This document shows, piece by piece, positions 55,178 through 63,999 of a stretch of DNA of 64,000 nucleotides. The first letter of the stretch is position 1; each line of letters opens with the position of its first letter. The notes below the pieces were generated by a model. It saw only the letters and a list, made by a program, of their open reading frames with translations, was not told the origin of the DNA and did not search any database. Source of the stretch: a virus (Duplodnaviria > Caudoviricetes); the IMG/VR virus record IMGVR_UViG_3300023081_000014, positions 1,898 through 65,897 of that record. One strand, 5' to 3'. The translations under genes were made by a program, and so were the position numbers.

Positions 55178-57833
55178 ATAAATTATTGAATGTATTCTTC
55201 TGTTCGGTTGATTTTATATCCCACTCCAAAACACCAATTAGATTATCTAACTTGTTATCGATAATGGTTGATTCCATTTCGTCGTCAGCAAATGGTAGTT
55301 CTTGGAACCATTTTGGAATACGTAGTTCATCCGTAGGATACGCAACCGAAGTATATCCCATTGGATTGTTTTTTAGTTTGCATACGATAACTTTCATACC
55401 ATCTACGATTTGCATACTAAACTTGTCGCCATTCATTTCTTTGAGCGTGTTCCAATTAATTGAAGCACGAACGTGTCCTGGCATGTTCACTTTGCCTTGC
55501 TTTTTAAGTTTGGCAAGATAGTCTGTGATATTATTTGCACGTTTTGGTGAGCCTTTTTCCCAACCCGGTCGTGCTTTGAATTTTGTTCTAAAGTCTGTAA
55601 TCATATCAAGAACTTGTTCTTCTTGGGCACCTGTTAGTACAGCCAATAACACTTCGCTTAAGAAGTCCTGCATAAACACAGGAGTGTCAGAACGCTTAAG
55701 ATCGAGGCCCATTGCTTTAACCTTACCAGGCTTACCATCTGCATCTGTTCTAAAACCTTCTAGGTCATAAATCAATACAGCATAACGTTTCTTTGTAATA
55801 AACAAACCTTTTTCGCCGATAACTTCTCGACCAGCGGCAATAACTTCGCCTCTTGATTTAGGACAATGAAATGCTTGTCCCATAAATGTTGGAAACGTTG
55901 TATTTGCTTCTTCACAGATTTGATCATATAGTTGAATAACACTTTCTTTATTCCAAGGAATATCTCCTTTTTGTATTTCTGCACGTAGACTCGTGTAAGC
56001 ACTAAAGTATACGGAGTCAGTGTCGCCATATATAATGCTCTTACCTACATGATCGTATTCGCCTGTTATAATTTCATTGACCTTAGAAGCCATATGTTTT
56101 GCAATGCTTCTTCCGGTAAGTGTTGTACTTTGACCAATGCGATGATCGAAAAATCTACAGCCAGGATTAAGAATAGCACCATACAAACTGTTAAGGTTAA
56201 TTTTCTTAACCAACTGACGCTTGTCCCAAAAAGCAGTTTCAATCTTGTTGCCTGCATCTTGTGATGCAACTTTCTTTGCTTGCATTTCTTTACGTTCTGC
56301 ATACCACCTCTTTAATAGTCCTGGAATAATACCTTCATATTCTGTTGTAAAAATTGTTCCGTTAGCACTTAGCATCCACGGTTGATTGCTTTCAAAAACC
56401 AACCTATAAACTTCCGCGGCACTCAGTGCATCACTTTCTCCGTTTTCCCAGTCAATATGTATTTCAATATCTTTGCGTTGCTCCATAACATAATCATATT
56501 CAAGGCTACCAAACTTACCTTCCCATGCCGCCGCAAATGATTTTTTCTTAAAGTTCATTTGTTCGCTAAGGTAGTTTTCTGTATGATTTTGTCTCAGTTG
56601 ACCCACAACTGTTGCAGGATCCATATTCAATGCACGAATTACTGAGGGATACAGTGAATTCAAGTCCATCGAACCAATCCAATCATGTAGTCCTTTTTTG
56701 GGATATGCTACATAAGCACCTGCCGCTTGTGCTGAACCTGGTTCTCTGTGTACCCTGTTAGGAACAACAAATCCACGTCTGTGTGCTTCGTTAATAATTG
56801 CTTGTTCTGTAACAGCCACAGCACCCATAGTGGTGGGTAGCAAAACTGTATTTGCGTGTGCAAGTTCGTTGGCTAAGTCAATAAACTTTAGTTTTTTGTC
56901 CAACTTGTCCAACAGTGCAACGTCTTGCCTGTTGTATTCGATGAACGTTCTGAAGTCATTGTTATAAAGTTGATCGAGCGTACCTTCGTACACAGTTTTC
57001 TTTTCGCCAACTTCCATTTCGCCAATAGCGTCAAGTCGATATGTGTGTCGTTCTTCATATGTGTATTTACGATACAATTCTAAACTATCTAAATGCTGTC
57101 TGCCTATTAGGTCATAGGTTTCTTGTTCTCTTCCGTACTTTTCAAATGTACGTTTTTTAGGATATTGATCCCACAAACAAAAACGTCTTGTATCTTCTTT
57201 TGAAAGAACACGAGTAATACGGTTTACGGTATAAGGAATATCATAACCTTCACTGTTCCAACCACTAATGATATCTGCGTCTTTGATCAAATCCAAAAAC
57301 GTATCAAGCATTTCTGCTTCAGTTTCAAACAGGTATGTGTTAGGAAATTCTTTTACTTCTTCCTTGGCCTGTTCCATTGTAAGTGTTTTAGGCGGAAGTG
57401 CTAGTGTTATAAGACTGTCAAGCCATTGTAAGTGTACAGTAATTGCGGTAATGGCTGTAAATGGATCTTCAGGTGAACTGTAACCACGTTCTGGGTCAAA
57501 GTCAACCTCAATATCGAAAAACGCAACATTTAGATTTGGTGCGTCTTGTCCTAAATAGTTTTCTTCAAGTAGTCTGTATACAGGATTAATATCTGCTTCA
57601 TATAATCCGCGATGTTTGTTAATCTTTTGTTCTTTAAGAAAGTCTTTCCAACTCTTACAAACAACACGACTCACGCTATCGCCAAAAGTACTTTTTTGCT
57701 TACCTTTAGCATCGCCATAATAGAATACATACCTTGCGGGGAATTCGCGAAACTCTCTTTCGCCTTTTTTGTTTCGCTCTACAACCTTGATAATGTCTTT
57801 ATCACGATCCCAGAGTGCATCTACGTAACTCAA
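55164..57833 (-). CDS. Family B DNA polymerase (gp43-like) with 3'-5' exonuclease
   Basis: Exo FFDIEVD, GWNSEGYD, YNRQD; pol DLNSLYPS, KINLNSLYG, YGDTDS; TTG start after AGGAG. Confidence 0.96.
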   Translation of the reverse strand: MSYVDALWDRDKDIIKVVERNKKGEREFREFPARYVFYYGDAKGKQKSTFGDSVSRVVCKSWKDFLKEQKINKHRGLYEADINPVYRLLEENYLGQDAPNLNVAFFDIEVDFDPERGYSSPEDPFTAITAITVHLQWLDSLITLALPPKTLTMEQAKEEVKEFPNTYLFETEAEMLDTFLDLIKDADIISGWNSEGYDIPYTVNRITRVLSKEDTRRFCLWDQYPKKRTFEKYGREQETYDLIGRQHLDSLELYRKYTYEERHTYRLDAIGEMEVGEKKTVYEGTLDQLYNNDFRTFIEYNRQDVALLDKLDKKLKFIDLANELAHANTVLLPTTMGAVAVTEQAIINEAHRRGFVVPNRVHREPGSAQAAGAYVAYPKKGLHDWIGSMDLNSLYPSVIRALNMDPATVVGQLRQNHTENYLSEQMNFKKKSFAAAWEGKFGSLEYDYVMEQRKDIEIHIDWENGESDALSAAEVYRLVFESNQPWMLSANGTIFTTEYEGIIPGLLKRWYAERKEMQAKKVASQDAGNKIETAFWDKRQLVKKINLNSLYGAILNPGCRFFDHRIGQSTTLTGRSIAKHMASKVNEIITGEYDHVGKSIIYGDTDSVYFSAYTSLRAEIQKGDIPWNKESVIQLYDQICEEANTTFPTFMGQAFHCPKSRGEVIAAGREVIGEKGLFITKKRYAVLIYDLEGFRTDADGKPGKVKAMGLDLKRSDTPVFMQDFLSEVLLAVLTGAQEEQVLDMITDFRTKFKARPGWEKGSPKRANNITDYLAKLKKQGKVNMPGHVRASINWNTLKEMNGDKFSMQIVDGMKVIVCKLKNNPMGYTSVAYPTDELRIPKWFQELPFADDEMESTIIDNKLDNLIGVLEWDIKSTEQKNTFNNLFDFE

Positions 57834-57917
57834 TATTTTCTCCTATACATGCCACTTGCGGCTGGCAAATACCAATTATGTCGTTTATGGCCGACCGACC
57901 TTCTTCAACATTATTTA
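57834..57917 (-). promoter_or_regulatory. Structured 5' leader of the DNA polymerase gene with upstream TAAATA box
   Basis: GC-rich island: hairpin GUCG-GCCAUAAA-CGAC (57880-57895) and UGCCA-GC-C-GCAA-G-UGGCA (57850-57867) just before the SD; TAAATA at 57912-57917. Confidence 0.5.
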
Positions 57918-57961
57918 CTATTATACGTTCTGTGCCTAAAAAAATCAAGCCTTTAATTAAT

Positions 57962-58069
57962 TTATTTTACCAAAGTCCAAATAAAGAATCCTATGAAGGT
58001 TAATTCTAGAATTCCTAATATAATTATGGCTAACCAATTATGCCAGGGTTTAGTGATATATGAAAGCAT
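57962..58069 (-). CDS. Single-TM small peptide (35 aa), not in ORF track
   Basis: Manual translation MLSYITKPWHNWLAIIILGILELTFIGFFIWTLVK; ATG directly after the upstream stop. Confidence 0.5.
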   Translation of the reverse strand: MLSYITKPWHNWLAIIILGILELTFIGFFIWTLVK

Positions 58070-58351
58070 TTACCACCATCCTGCGGCTACACCAAATCCA
58101 AATACGTTTACACAAGCAAAATATGAAGTTAACAACATAATCCAAGCGGCACCTCTACGCCAACTAGCATAGACTTGTGTAATGCTTCCAATAAAGAATC
58201 CTGGATATACAATCATCATATTAGGATCTCGTGCATTAAATGCCAGTGTCATGCTTGCGGTAACTGTAAAGATAAAACTAACAAGTTCAAATGAAAATGC
58301 TATTTTATCACTCCTGTAAGAGTTTATCCAAAAGTCTTTTACTTTTTGCAA
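58070..58351 (-). CDS. Small membrane protein
   Basis: 93 aa with three hydrophobic segments. Confidence 0.65.
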   Translation of the reverse strand: MQKVKDFWINSYRSDKIAFSFELVSFIFTVTASMTLAFNARDPNMMIVYPGFFIGSITQVYASWRRGAAWIMLLTSYFACVNVFGFGVAAGWW

Positions 58352-58353
58352 AA

Positions 58354-58617
58354 TTAGACTTTGTCCTTGCCTGTAGTAACAATGATGGTTTCCAAATCTT
58401 CAAACTCATCAACTGCTTTGTGCCATTCACCTTTTTGTGCAATCTTAATTGCTTTGTTAATTAGTGCCGGCTTGATATCTAATTCTTCTGCTACTGCTTT
58501 TACAGTATCACGTAGTCCTTCTTGTAGATCTTGTACTTCTGTAAGTACTGTTACACCTTCGTTTACAATTTGGACAAGTTTGGCTTTTTCTTCGGCGCCA
58601 AAAGTTCTATCACTCAT
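58354..58617 (-). CDS. dsDNA-binding protein, T4 DsbA/GapR-like
   Basis: 87-aa helical protein, LRDTVKAVAEELDIKPALINKAIKI pattern; AAGGAG SD and own promoter. Confidence 0.55.
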   Translation of the reverse strand: MSDRTFGAEEKAKLVQIVNEGVTVLTEVQDLQEGLRDTVKAVAEELDIKPALINKAIKIAQKGEWHKAVDEFEDLETIIVTTGKDKV

Positions 58618-58645
58618 TCGAGTCTCCTTTGTTAATAATTTTTAT

Positions 58646-58674
58646 ATTGTATATAGATTTATGCTAGTTGTCAA
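58646..58674 (-). promoter_or_regulatory. Sigma70-type promoter
   Basis: TTGACA-17 nt-TACAAT. Confidence 0.7.
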
Positions 58675-59203
58675 GAACTTTAAACGGAATTGGCACCGTT
58701 TTATCTAAACACGTAAACCAAACATTATTTGGACCAATATGATGATTGTTTGGTAACAGTTCGTTAACTGCTTGATTAACACCCGGAAAATCCATATCGT
58801 GTCCACAAAGCCAACCGTTTGATTTTAGTTTTGGTGTATAGTATTCTATATCGCCTTTAACACTATTGTAGTCGTGACTGGCATCGATAAACACAAAATC
58901 CAAACTGTTATCTTCAATCTGATCATGTACTTGGTGACTGTGTCCTTGTATTGCTTTTAGTCTAGGACCGTATTTTAATATTACACTGTCTTTGTAAAAC
59001 AATTTAATATCATAATCTATTGCATACATTTTTAAGTTTGGAAATGCATCTAATAAATGAAATGTAGTACGACCGTTGCGTACACCAACTTCACAACCTA
59101 TTGTGGGGTTAAATTTTTTTAGTAAATCTGCTAAGAAATAGTCTCTTTTATTTGGACCATTATATTCTATAGTTCTGTTAATTTTAATTTTATCTTTTGC
59201 CAT
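58664..59203 (-). CDS. Class I SAM-dependent methyltransferase (Methyltransf_24-like)
   Basis: GCEVGVRNGRT...YAID...LDFVFIDASHDY..VKGD...GWLCGHD. Confidence 0.85.
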   Translation of the reverse strand: MAKDKIKINRTIEYNGPNKRDYFLADLLKKFNPTIGCEVGVRNGRTTFHLLDAFPNLKMYAIDYDIKLFYKDSVILKYGPRLKAIQGHSHQVHDQIEDNSLDFVFIDASHDYNSVKGDIEYYTPKLKSNGWLCGHDMDFPGVNQAVNELLPNNHHIGPNNVWFTCLDKTVPIPFKVLDN

Positions 59204-59364
59204 GCTTCTTCAAATCCGTGTTCATGAACATACGATTCTTCGTTATACCATACTCTTTTAAAATATGAATCATAACAATCTAGTATGCACTGATGTGATG
59301 TATTTAAATGTCCTTTGACTAACCAAAATAATCTATAAGCCTCTTTAGTTTTCTCCAGACTCAA
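59167..59364 (-). CDS. Small hypothetical protein (start revised to TTG at 59364)
   Basis: GAGG SD then LSLEKTKEAYRLFWLVKGHL...FEEAW. Confidence 0.55.
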   Translation of the reverse strand: MSLEKTKEAYRLFWLVKGHLNTSHQCILDCYDSYFKRVWYNEESYVHEHGFEEAWQKIKLKLTEL

Positions 59365-60004
59365 CTTCCTCGTCCTTTGCTTTATATGCCCATTCGTCTG
59401 TGTGTCCAACGCTCCATTTAGGTGTGTTCTCTACTGTGTAATTTTGTGTACAAACTTTAAAGTCCGGCATTAATCTTTTATCAGGTATTAAACTCTGATC
59501 AGTCCAAATAATTCTATTGTTTGGTTGTGCCGCAAATTGTCCGTTGTCTAATTTAATGAAATTAAATGATTTATGTTCTGGATCGTGTTCTGAAAAGTTT
59601 ACGTTTAATGTGTTGTTATCTCTATGACAGGTATCGAGTGTAAACAAATATTCTCCTTTGTGCATTTTCTTGTCCTTGCCAAAAAATTCACAATCGCATA
59701 ACATGGGTTTTTTAATTATTGTAATATCGTAATCAAAACAATCCCATATTTGTAAATGATCTAATGGAAGTTGATTATCTTTGTCGTAATCAGTTTTCCA
59801 AACAAATGCACTTATAGGTAGTTTGTCATACAAAGCACCATAGTCTGTTAACAGTGTTTCTATGTATAATGCTTTGCTTTCAATACTTCTAATGCTAATC
59901 CATAGTCCAGGAGTTAGTTCGCCGTGGCCTTTTTGATGATCGTATAAGTATTCTTTTTTCACATATACTTCAATAGGCGGTAGGTTGTGTACTAAAAAGG
60001 CCAT
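59345..60004 (-). CDS. Hypothetical phage protein
   Basis: 219 aa; GAGGAG SD; TAAATA box at 60030-60035. Confidence 0.75.
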   Translation of the reverse strand: MAFLVHNLPPIEVYVKKEYLYDHQKGHGELTPGLWISIRSIESKALYIETLLTDYGALYDKLPISAFVWKTDYDKDNQLPLDHLQIWDCFDYDITIIKKPMLCDCEFFGKDKKMHKGEYLFTLDTCHRDNNTLNVNFSEHDPEHKSFNFIKLDNGQFAAQPNNRIIWTDQSLIPDKRLMPDFKVCTQNYTVENTPKWSVGHTDEWAYKAKDEEVESGEN

Positions 60005-60032
60005 GTGACTCCTCTTTTGTTAATGTACGTAT

Positions 60033-61070
60033 TTATTGATTTCTTTTAGATATTACTTCATTGATACTGTCTTGATTTTTGCTGTATTCACTAGCAAAAG
60101 GTTCTAAGATGTATGGATTATAATTTTCTATAAGATTTCCGTAGTCATACTGTATTCTATAAGCAAGTCGATTGTCAGTGCTACCTAAACGTCTATGCAG
60201 TGTAATGCTATTATCAAACAAGCACAAATCGTTATCATTTGTGTACCAATGATCGTAAATGTAATCGTCAGTAAACAGTGTACTATTGATGTAATCAAAA
60301 AGTTTTTGCGACTCTGCTTGTGACATATCTTTAACACCGTATACTGTATTAACCGAATAGTGTAATCCTGTATGTCCAAAAGGAGATTTTATTACCAAAG
60401 GAATATAACTATCTTCAGGACACATATTTTTTTGCATAACATAATCCTGTTCAGCACGTAACCCAGGATTAATCTTTCCTGGTGTAAACCTGTGTTGTAT
60501 TATTATTTGATCTAGTTCGCTTCTAAAACTTTCAGTTTGATTTTCATACCATTCAGCGGTTGTAACAAACCCTGTACAACTTTTGGTCATTCCGGTACTA
60601 CCCAATAAACTTACTCCCGGAGTATGATTTAAACAAGCACTTTCGTTGCTGTGCCAAAGAAGTTCTCCTTCAGCAAACATTCCGATTGGATTACCTTGGG
60701 CGTCTTTCATTCCGCTTACTCTAACCACTTCGTCTGTTTCACAATAATTTAAAACGGTTTCAACCCATTTTCGATCATCTTCGTTTACGTGTTTACCGTT
60801 TATTTCTTTGTCACGTAACAGTTTAGTCACATCTAATGTGTTATATTGTTGTTGTAAATGGATTTCAAATAGATCAACGTGTTTGCCCCACTGAAGAATT
60901 CTACGTCTATATTCTTCTACGCTAAAGTCAATGTTGCGGATAATTGTTACAAGGCTTTGTAGATGTATTGATCCGATTTCTAACCATAGGTCATCGTCTA
61001 TATCTTTGGCTTTTAAGCCATCAATATAAACACCATATTTTCCCATGCCGGGAATGCTAGTAACTTTCAT
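60033..61070 (-). CDS. TauD/TfdA-family 2OG-dependent dioxygenase-like protein
   Basis: LVTIIRN; LLWHSNES; GFVTT; DLCLFDNSITLHRR...RLAYR. Confidence 0.75.
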   Translation of the reverse strand: MKVTSIPGMGKYGVYIDGLKAKDIDDDLWLEIGSIHLQSLVTIIRNIDFSVEEYRRRILQWGKHVDLFEIHLQQQYNTLDVTKLLRDKEINGKHVNEDDRKWVETVLNYCETDEVVRVSGMKDAQGNPIGMFAEGELLWHSNESACLNHTPGVSLLGSTGMTKSCTGFVTTAEWYENQTESFRSELDQIIIQHRFTPGKINPGLRAEQDYVMQKNMCPEDSYIPLVIKSPFGHTGLHYSVNTVYGVKDMSQAESQKLFDYINSTLFTDDYIYDHWYTNDNDLCLFDNSITLHRRLGSTDNRLAYRIQYDYGNLIENYNPYILEPFASEYSKNQDSINEVISKRNQ

Positions 61071-61078
61071 AACAGTAA

Positions 61079-61240
61079 TTATGCTTTACTAGGCTTTGAT
61101 TTTACTTTTTTGGATTTGTGAAGTTTTGCTCTTGGAATTTTTAAATTCTTTTTACCATATACATCACCAACCTTATGCCTATATGACATATGGGCAGGAT
61201 CTAGTCCGTAAAAATAATCTACAACTTCATTAATTTTCAT
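61079..61240 (-). CDS. Small basic protein (53 aa), not in ORF track
   Basis: Manual translation MKINEVVDYFYGLDPAHMSYRHKVGDVYGKKNLKIPRAKLHKSKKVKSKPSKA; MKINE start like MRITE of 62403..63716. Confidence 0.6.
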   Translation of the reverse strand: MKINEVVDYFYGLDPAHMSYRHKVGDVYGKKNLKIPRAKLHKSKKVKSKPSKA

Positions 61241-61349
61241 CGCTACAATGTGGGCAATTACATTTTACGCAAACATCGTTAGCACATTTTTCGCATTCTT
61301 TTCCGCAGTGATGATCACATCCGCAGTTTTCGCATTTACAATCTGACAT
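61230..61349 (-). CDS. Metallothionein-like Cys/His-rich peptide (39 aa), not in ORF track
   Basis: Manual translation MSDCKCENCGCDHHCGKECEKCANDVCVKCNCPHCSDEN: 11 Cys, 3 His; GGAGG SD; TAATG coupling. Confidence 0.7.
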   Translation of the reverse strand: MSDCKCENCGCDHHCGKECEKCANDVCVKCNCPHCSDEN

Positions 61350-61939
61350 TATTTTCCCTCCAGTTCTTTTAAGAAACTAGCAAATCCTTTTTCTAAAGAT
61401 TCTTTTGTGGTTTCTTTACGTTCTTTTTCTAAACTTAGTTTACGTTTTTTAATTGCTTCTTTAGACTCTTTGTCTTGTAGTTGTGGATTCATTTCTAAAT
61501 CATGTAGTGCTTTACGTTTTTCACGATAATCTTCGTCACTGATTTCTGATAAACGTTGAATACTTTCTACAATTGAACTTAGTTTGCTTTCAATATTGCT
61601 TAGTCTAGCATCAACTTCACTCCACTTATCTGTAGTCTGAGTAGGAGCAATAGTCATGTTTGGATTAGGATTTGCAGGTTGTGGTCTTTGTTGTGGTTTA
61701 CCTACACCGGCTAGTGCGGCCATATCACTTGCACTAGTATCACTTACTCCTGGAATATGTTTTCCTTGTACGCTTTCTGCTACCATACGTGCATGAGCAT
61801 TTGGATCAGTTGATTGGTTATTGTTTCCGTATTGTTCTTTTAATGCTTGACCTTGTTGCATTGGATCATCGGGTACAAGTCCTTTGTTTTTAATTCCTAG
61901 TTCTGAAAATTTGTTAAGTATTTTTTGTAAGTCCGCCAT
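61349..61939 (-). CDS. Hypothetical protein, probable head/internal protein
   Basis: 196 aa; Gln/Pro linker; charged coiled-coil end LEKGFASFLKELEGK. Confidence 0.65.
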   Translation of the reverse strand: MADLQKILNKFSELGIKNKGLVPDDPMQQGQALKEQYGNNNQSTDPNAHARMVAESVQGKHIPGVSDTSASDMAALAGVGKPQQRPQPANPNPNMTIAPTQTTDKWSEVDARLSNIESKLSSIVESIQRLSEISDEDYREKRKALHDLEMNPQLQDKESKEAIKKRKLSLEKERKETTKESLEKGFASFLKELEGK

Positions 61940-61948
61940 TGTTTATTC

Positions 61949-62401
61949 CTACATCTTAACGCAATTATCTACAGTCTTGCCGCCTTTTTTCTTAGTGCCC
62001 ATACGCTTGTAGCCTTTCCAGCATACTTTGCCATCAACACCTTTTTGCTTTTCTTCTGGTAGTGTAGTATAACTTGGTTTACCGCACTCTTTACATAAAC
62101 CTTTTGACTCGTTAAGTTTACGTTCTAGCGATTCGAAATAATCATCTTTCATATCCTTCATGCTCATCATGCGTTCACGTTCTTTGGCTTGCTGACGCTC
62201 ACCCTCCATGTATGCATGAAGTGTTTTGATTTTTTCGTGTACACCGCTTAGTTTGTTTTGAAACCATTCAGGAAACACGCCACCCTTGTGTACGTGATCT
62301 CTAATTTCGTCAGCCGCATACTTGATAAATGCTATTTGATTGTCTAGCATTTCTGCTTCGTAATTTGATGCCGGCTCGTCATATTTGTCTTCGTTTATCA
62401 T
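61949..62401 (-). CDS. Modular probable internal head protein
   Basis: EAEM..QI..I...A.E...FPEWFQNKL module plus terminal VCWKGYKRMGTKKKGGKTVDNCVKM module. Confidence 0.65.
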   Translation of the reverse strand: MINEDKYDEPASNYEAEMLDNQIAFIKYAADEIRDHVHKGGVFPEWFQNKLSGVHEKIKTLHAYMEGERQQAKERERMMSMKDMKDDYFESLERKLNESKGLCKECGKPSYTTLPEEKQKGVDGKVCWKGYKRMGTKKKGGKTVDNCVKM

Positions 62402-62402
62402 A

Positions 62403-63716
62403 TTAACTCCTTTTTAAAGGCCCGCCAAATATACTAGTGCCTTTCATATTTAATGCGTTGTCGGTTGGTTTTTGTGCTTTGGCTTTGGGTGGATTTGGTA
62501 ATCCTCCTGTCAAGCCGTATTTTTTACGTGTCTTTTTATCGCCAATAGCAATGTGTGGACTTGCAACTGTTGCAATATTTCCCGCACTAGTAGCACCTGC
62601 TGTTGCTGTTTCGTCTACTTGTTGTAGTGCTTTAAAAATATCGCTTGATTCTTTTGCCATCTTGGTTGCTGTAGCATACATAACTGCTTCAGCATCATCA
62701 CCGTAGCGTTTTTTAAAATCTTTTTTGTTCTTCTTCATGCCCTTTACGTATTTTTCTTTGTCTTTTTCTTCGCCTTTGGTAAGTGATCTCTCGTTTGCTA
62801 TTGCTTCATAGAATGGACTGTATTGCTTATAAAGTTTACGATCCGGATCAACAATATCACCTAATGCTCTAATTGCTTTCTCTTCTTCAGATCCTTTAAC
62901 ATAGTATCTATGATCATCTGAATAGTTATAAGTCCAATCATGTTTTTTAAGCATATCAATATATTTGTCCATTGCGTCGGGCCCAAGTTCTTTCATCTTT
63001 GCTTGGCGTTCTGCTTCTGCTTTGTCTTTAGCCGCTTGTACCTTTGCTTTGTCATCGGTGTCAACTTTAGATAAAACATCACGCATTTTATCATTCATTT
63101 TACCCAGTGTGTCCGGGTCTGCTTCCATGTATTGTTGAAACTGATCTTCCATTGAAATCTTTTTGTATTTTTCTTTGCGTGGAATGGTCTTGGTCTTATC
63201 ACCATGTGAACCTGCCGCACCGCTTTTACGCAATGCTTCCATATCACGCCAGTTAGGATCACGTGCCTTAATTGGCTTTTGTTCTTTTGCTTCGGAAGTT
63301 TTTTCTGCTTGTTGTACAGCCTTGGTCAATTTTGATTTTACATTGCTAGGCAAGTCTCTCATAGTCTGAGGATTAGTAAAGTCCACAACTGTTACTCTTC
63401 GATCACCAAACGGTCCGCCTTGTTGTATAGATTGACCAGGAGCAATGGTTTTTGGATCGTTTACTGCCCATGGATGATATCTTCGGGCACCGGGTAATTC
63501 TTGTTTACGACCTTGATATTTGTCATCCAAATAACCATCCAACCCAAGTTTTTTTGCAACTTGAGGATCTAGTGGTTCTGCTTTAAAGAATGCTCCACTA
63601 TCGCTTAACCCTGCTGTAAATTGATGTCTTCTAAAATCAACTTTATAATATGATTTATCAGCCATTCTTACGAAGACTGTTTCTGGAGCAAATATATCTA
63701 ATTCTGTAATACGCAT
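62403..63716 (-). CDS. Modular Lys/Glu-rich probable internal head protein
   Basis: MRITE start; modules ARDPN...SGAAGSH, HDWTYNYSDD, ERSLTKGEEKDKEKYVKGMKK...YATATKMAKE, ETATAGATSAGNIA. Confidence 0.65.
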   Translation of the reverse strand: MRITELDIFAPETVFVRMADKSYYKVDFRRHQFTAGLSDSGAFFKAEPLDPQVAKKLGLDGYLDDKYQGRKQELPGARRYHPWAVNDPKTIAPGQSIQQGGPFGDRRVTVVDFTNPQTMRDLPSNVKSKLTKAVQQAEKTSEAKEQKPIKARDPNWRDMEALRKSGAAGSHGDKTKTIPRKEKYKKISMEDQFQQYMEADPDTLGKMNDKMRDVLSKVDTDDKAKVQAAKDKAEAERQAKMKELGPDAMDKYIDMLKKHDWTYNYSDDHRYYVKGSEEEKAIRALGDIVDPDRKLYKQYSPFYEAIANERSLTKGEEKDKEKYVKGMKKNKKDFKKRYGDDAEAVMYATATKMAKESSDIFKALQQVDETATAGATSAGNIATVASPHIAIGDKKTRKKYGLTGGLPNPPKAKAQKPTDNALNMKGTSIFGGPLKRS

Positions 63717-63720
63717 ATTG

Positions 63721-63999
63721 TTATTTATTCCTACCGCTTTTCATGTTGGCACACCAATGATACATTTTAGCCTTCTCTCCAGATGCGTTTTTAGCCTTCT
63801 TACGCAACGATGTTACACTACCATTGCAACTAGCACCTGCACGTTTTACACGCCCTGGTCTGCTTTTGCCCTTTACTTTACCGTCAGCAAAGTTTTCTTT
63901 TATTTTGTTACCCAGTGAATCGTGATCATATCTCCACATTTTGCCCGGCTTAACAAGTTGCATTTCTTTTTCTAATTCTGATTCTCTGCGAAATAATTT
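63721..63999 (-). CDS. C-terminus of a basic modular protein, 5'-truncated by the window
   Basis: Frame open to the window edge (KLFRRESELEKEMQ...); ENFADGK...RPGRVKRAGASC...HWCANMKSG. Confidence 0.65.
   Translation of the reverse strand, partial: KLFRRESELEKEMQLVKPGKMWRYDHDSLGNKIKENFADGKVKGKSRPGRVKRAGASCNGSVTSLRKKAKNASGEKAKMYHWCANMKSGRNK
63722..63727 (-). promoter_or_regulatory. T4-late-like promoter core TAAATA, 5 nt before ATG
   Basis: gaaTAAATAacaatATG on the minus strand. Confidence 0.55.

Noticed and set aside
54898-55521. 207-aa + strand ORF spanning the clamp/polB junction
   Set aside because: Antisense shadow of two real genes.
55164-57833. Intein or intron in DNA polymerase
   Set aside because: The 889-aa ORF is continuous, with motifs at normal spacing and no splicing motifs.
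57834-57917. polB leader as a preQ1 riboswitch or HDV-like/theta ribozyme
   Set aside because: Could not fit the preQ1-I stem/A-rich tail or the nested double pseudoknot by eye; kept only as a generic structured leader.
31351-63918. Short + strand ORFs opposite the minus-strand operons (e.g. 40463..40798, 45966..46349, 47180..47551, 57612..57956)
   Set aside because: Antisense to well-supported genes; no motifs or RBS noted.
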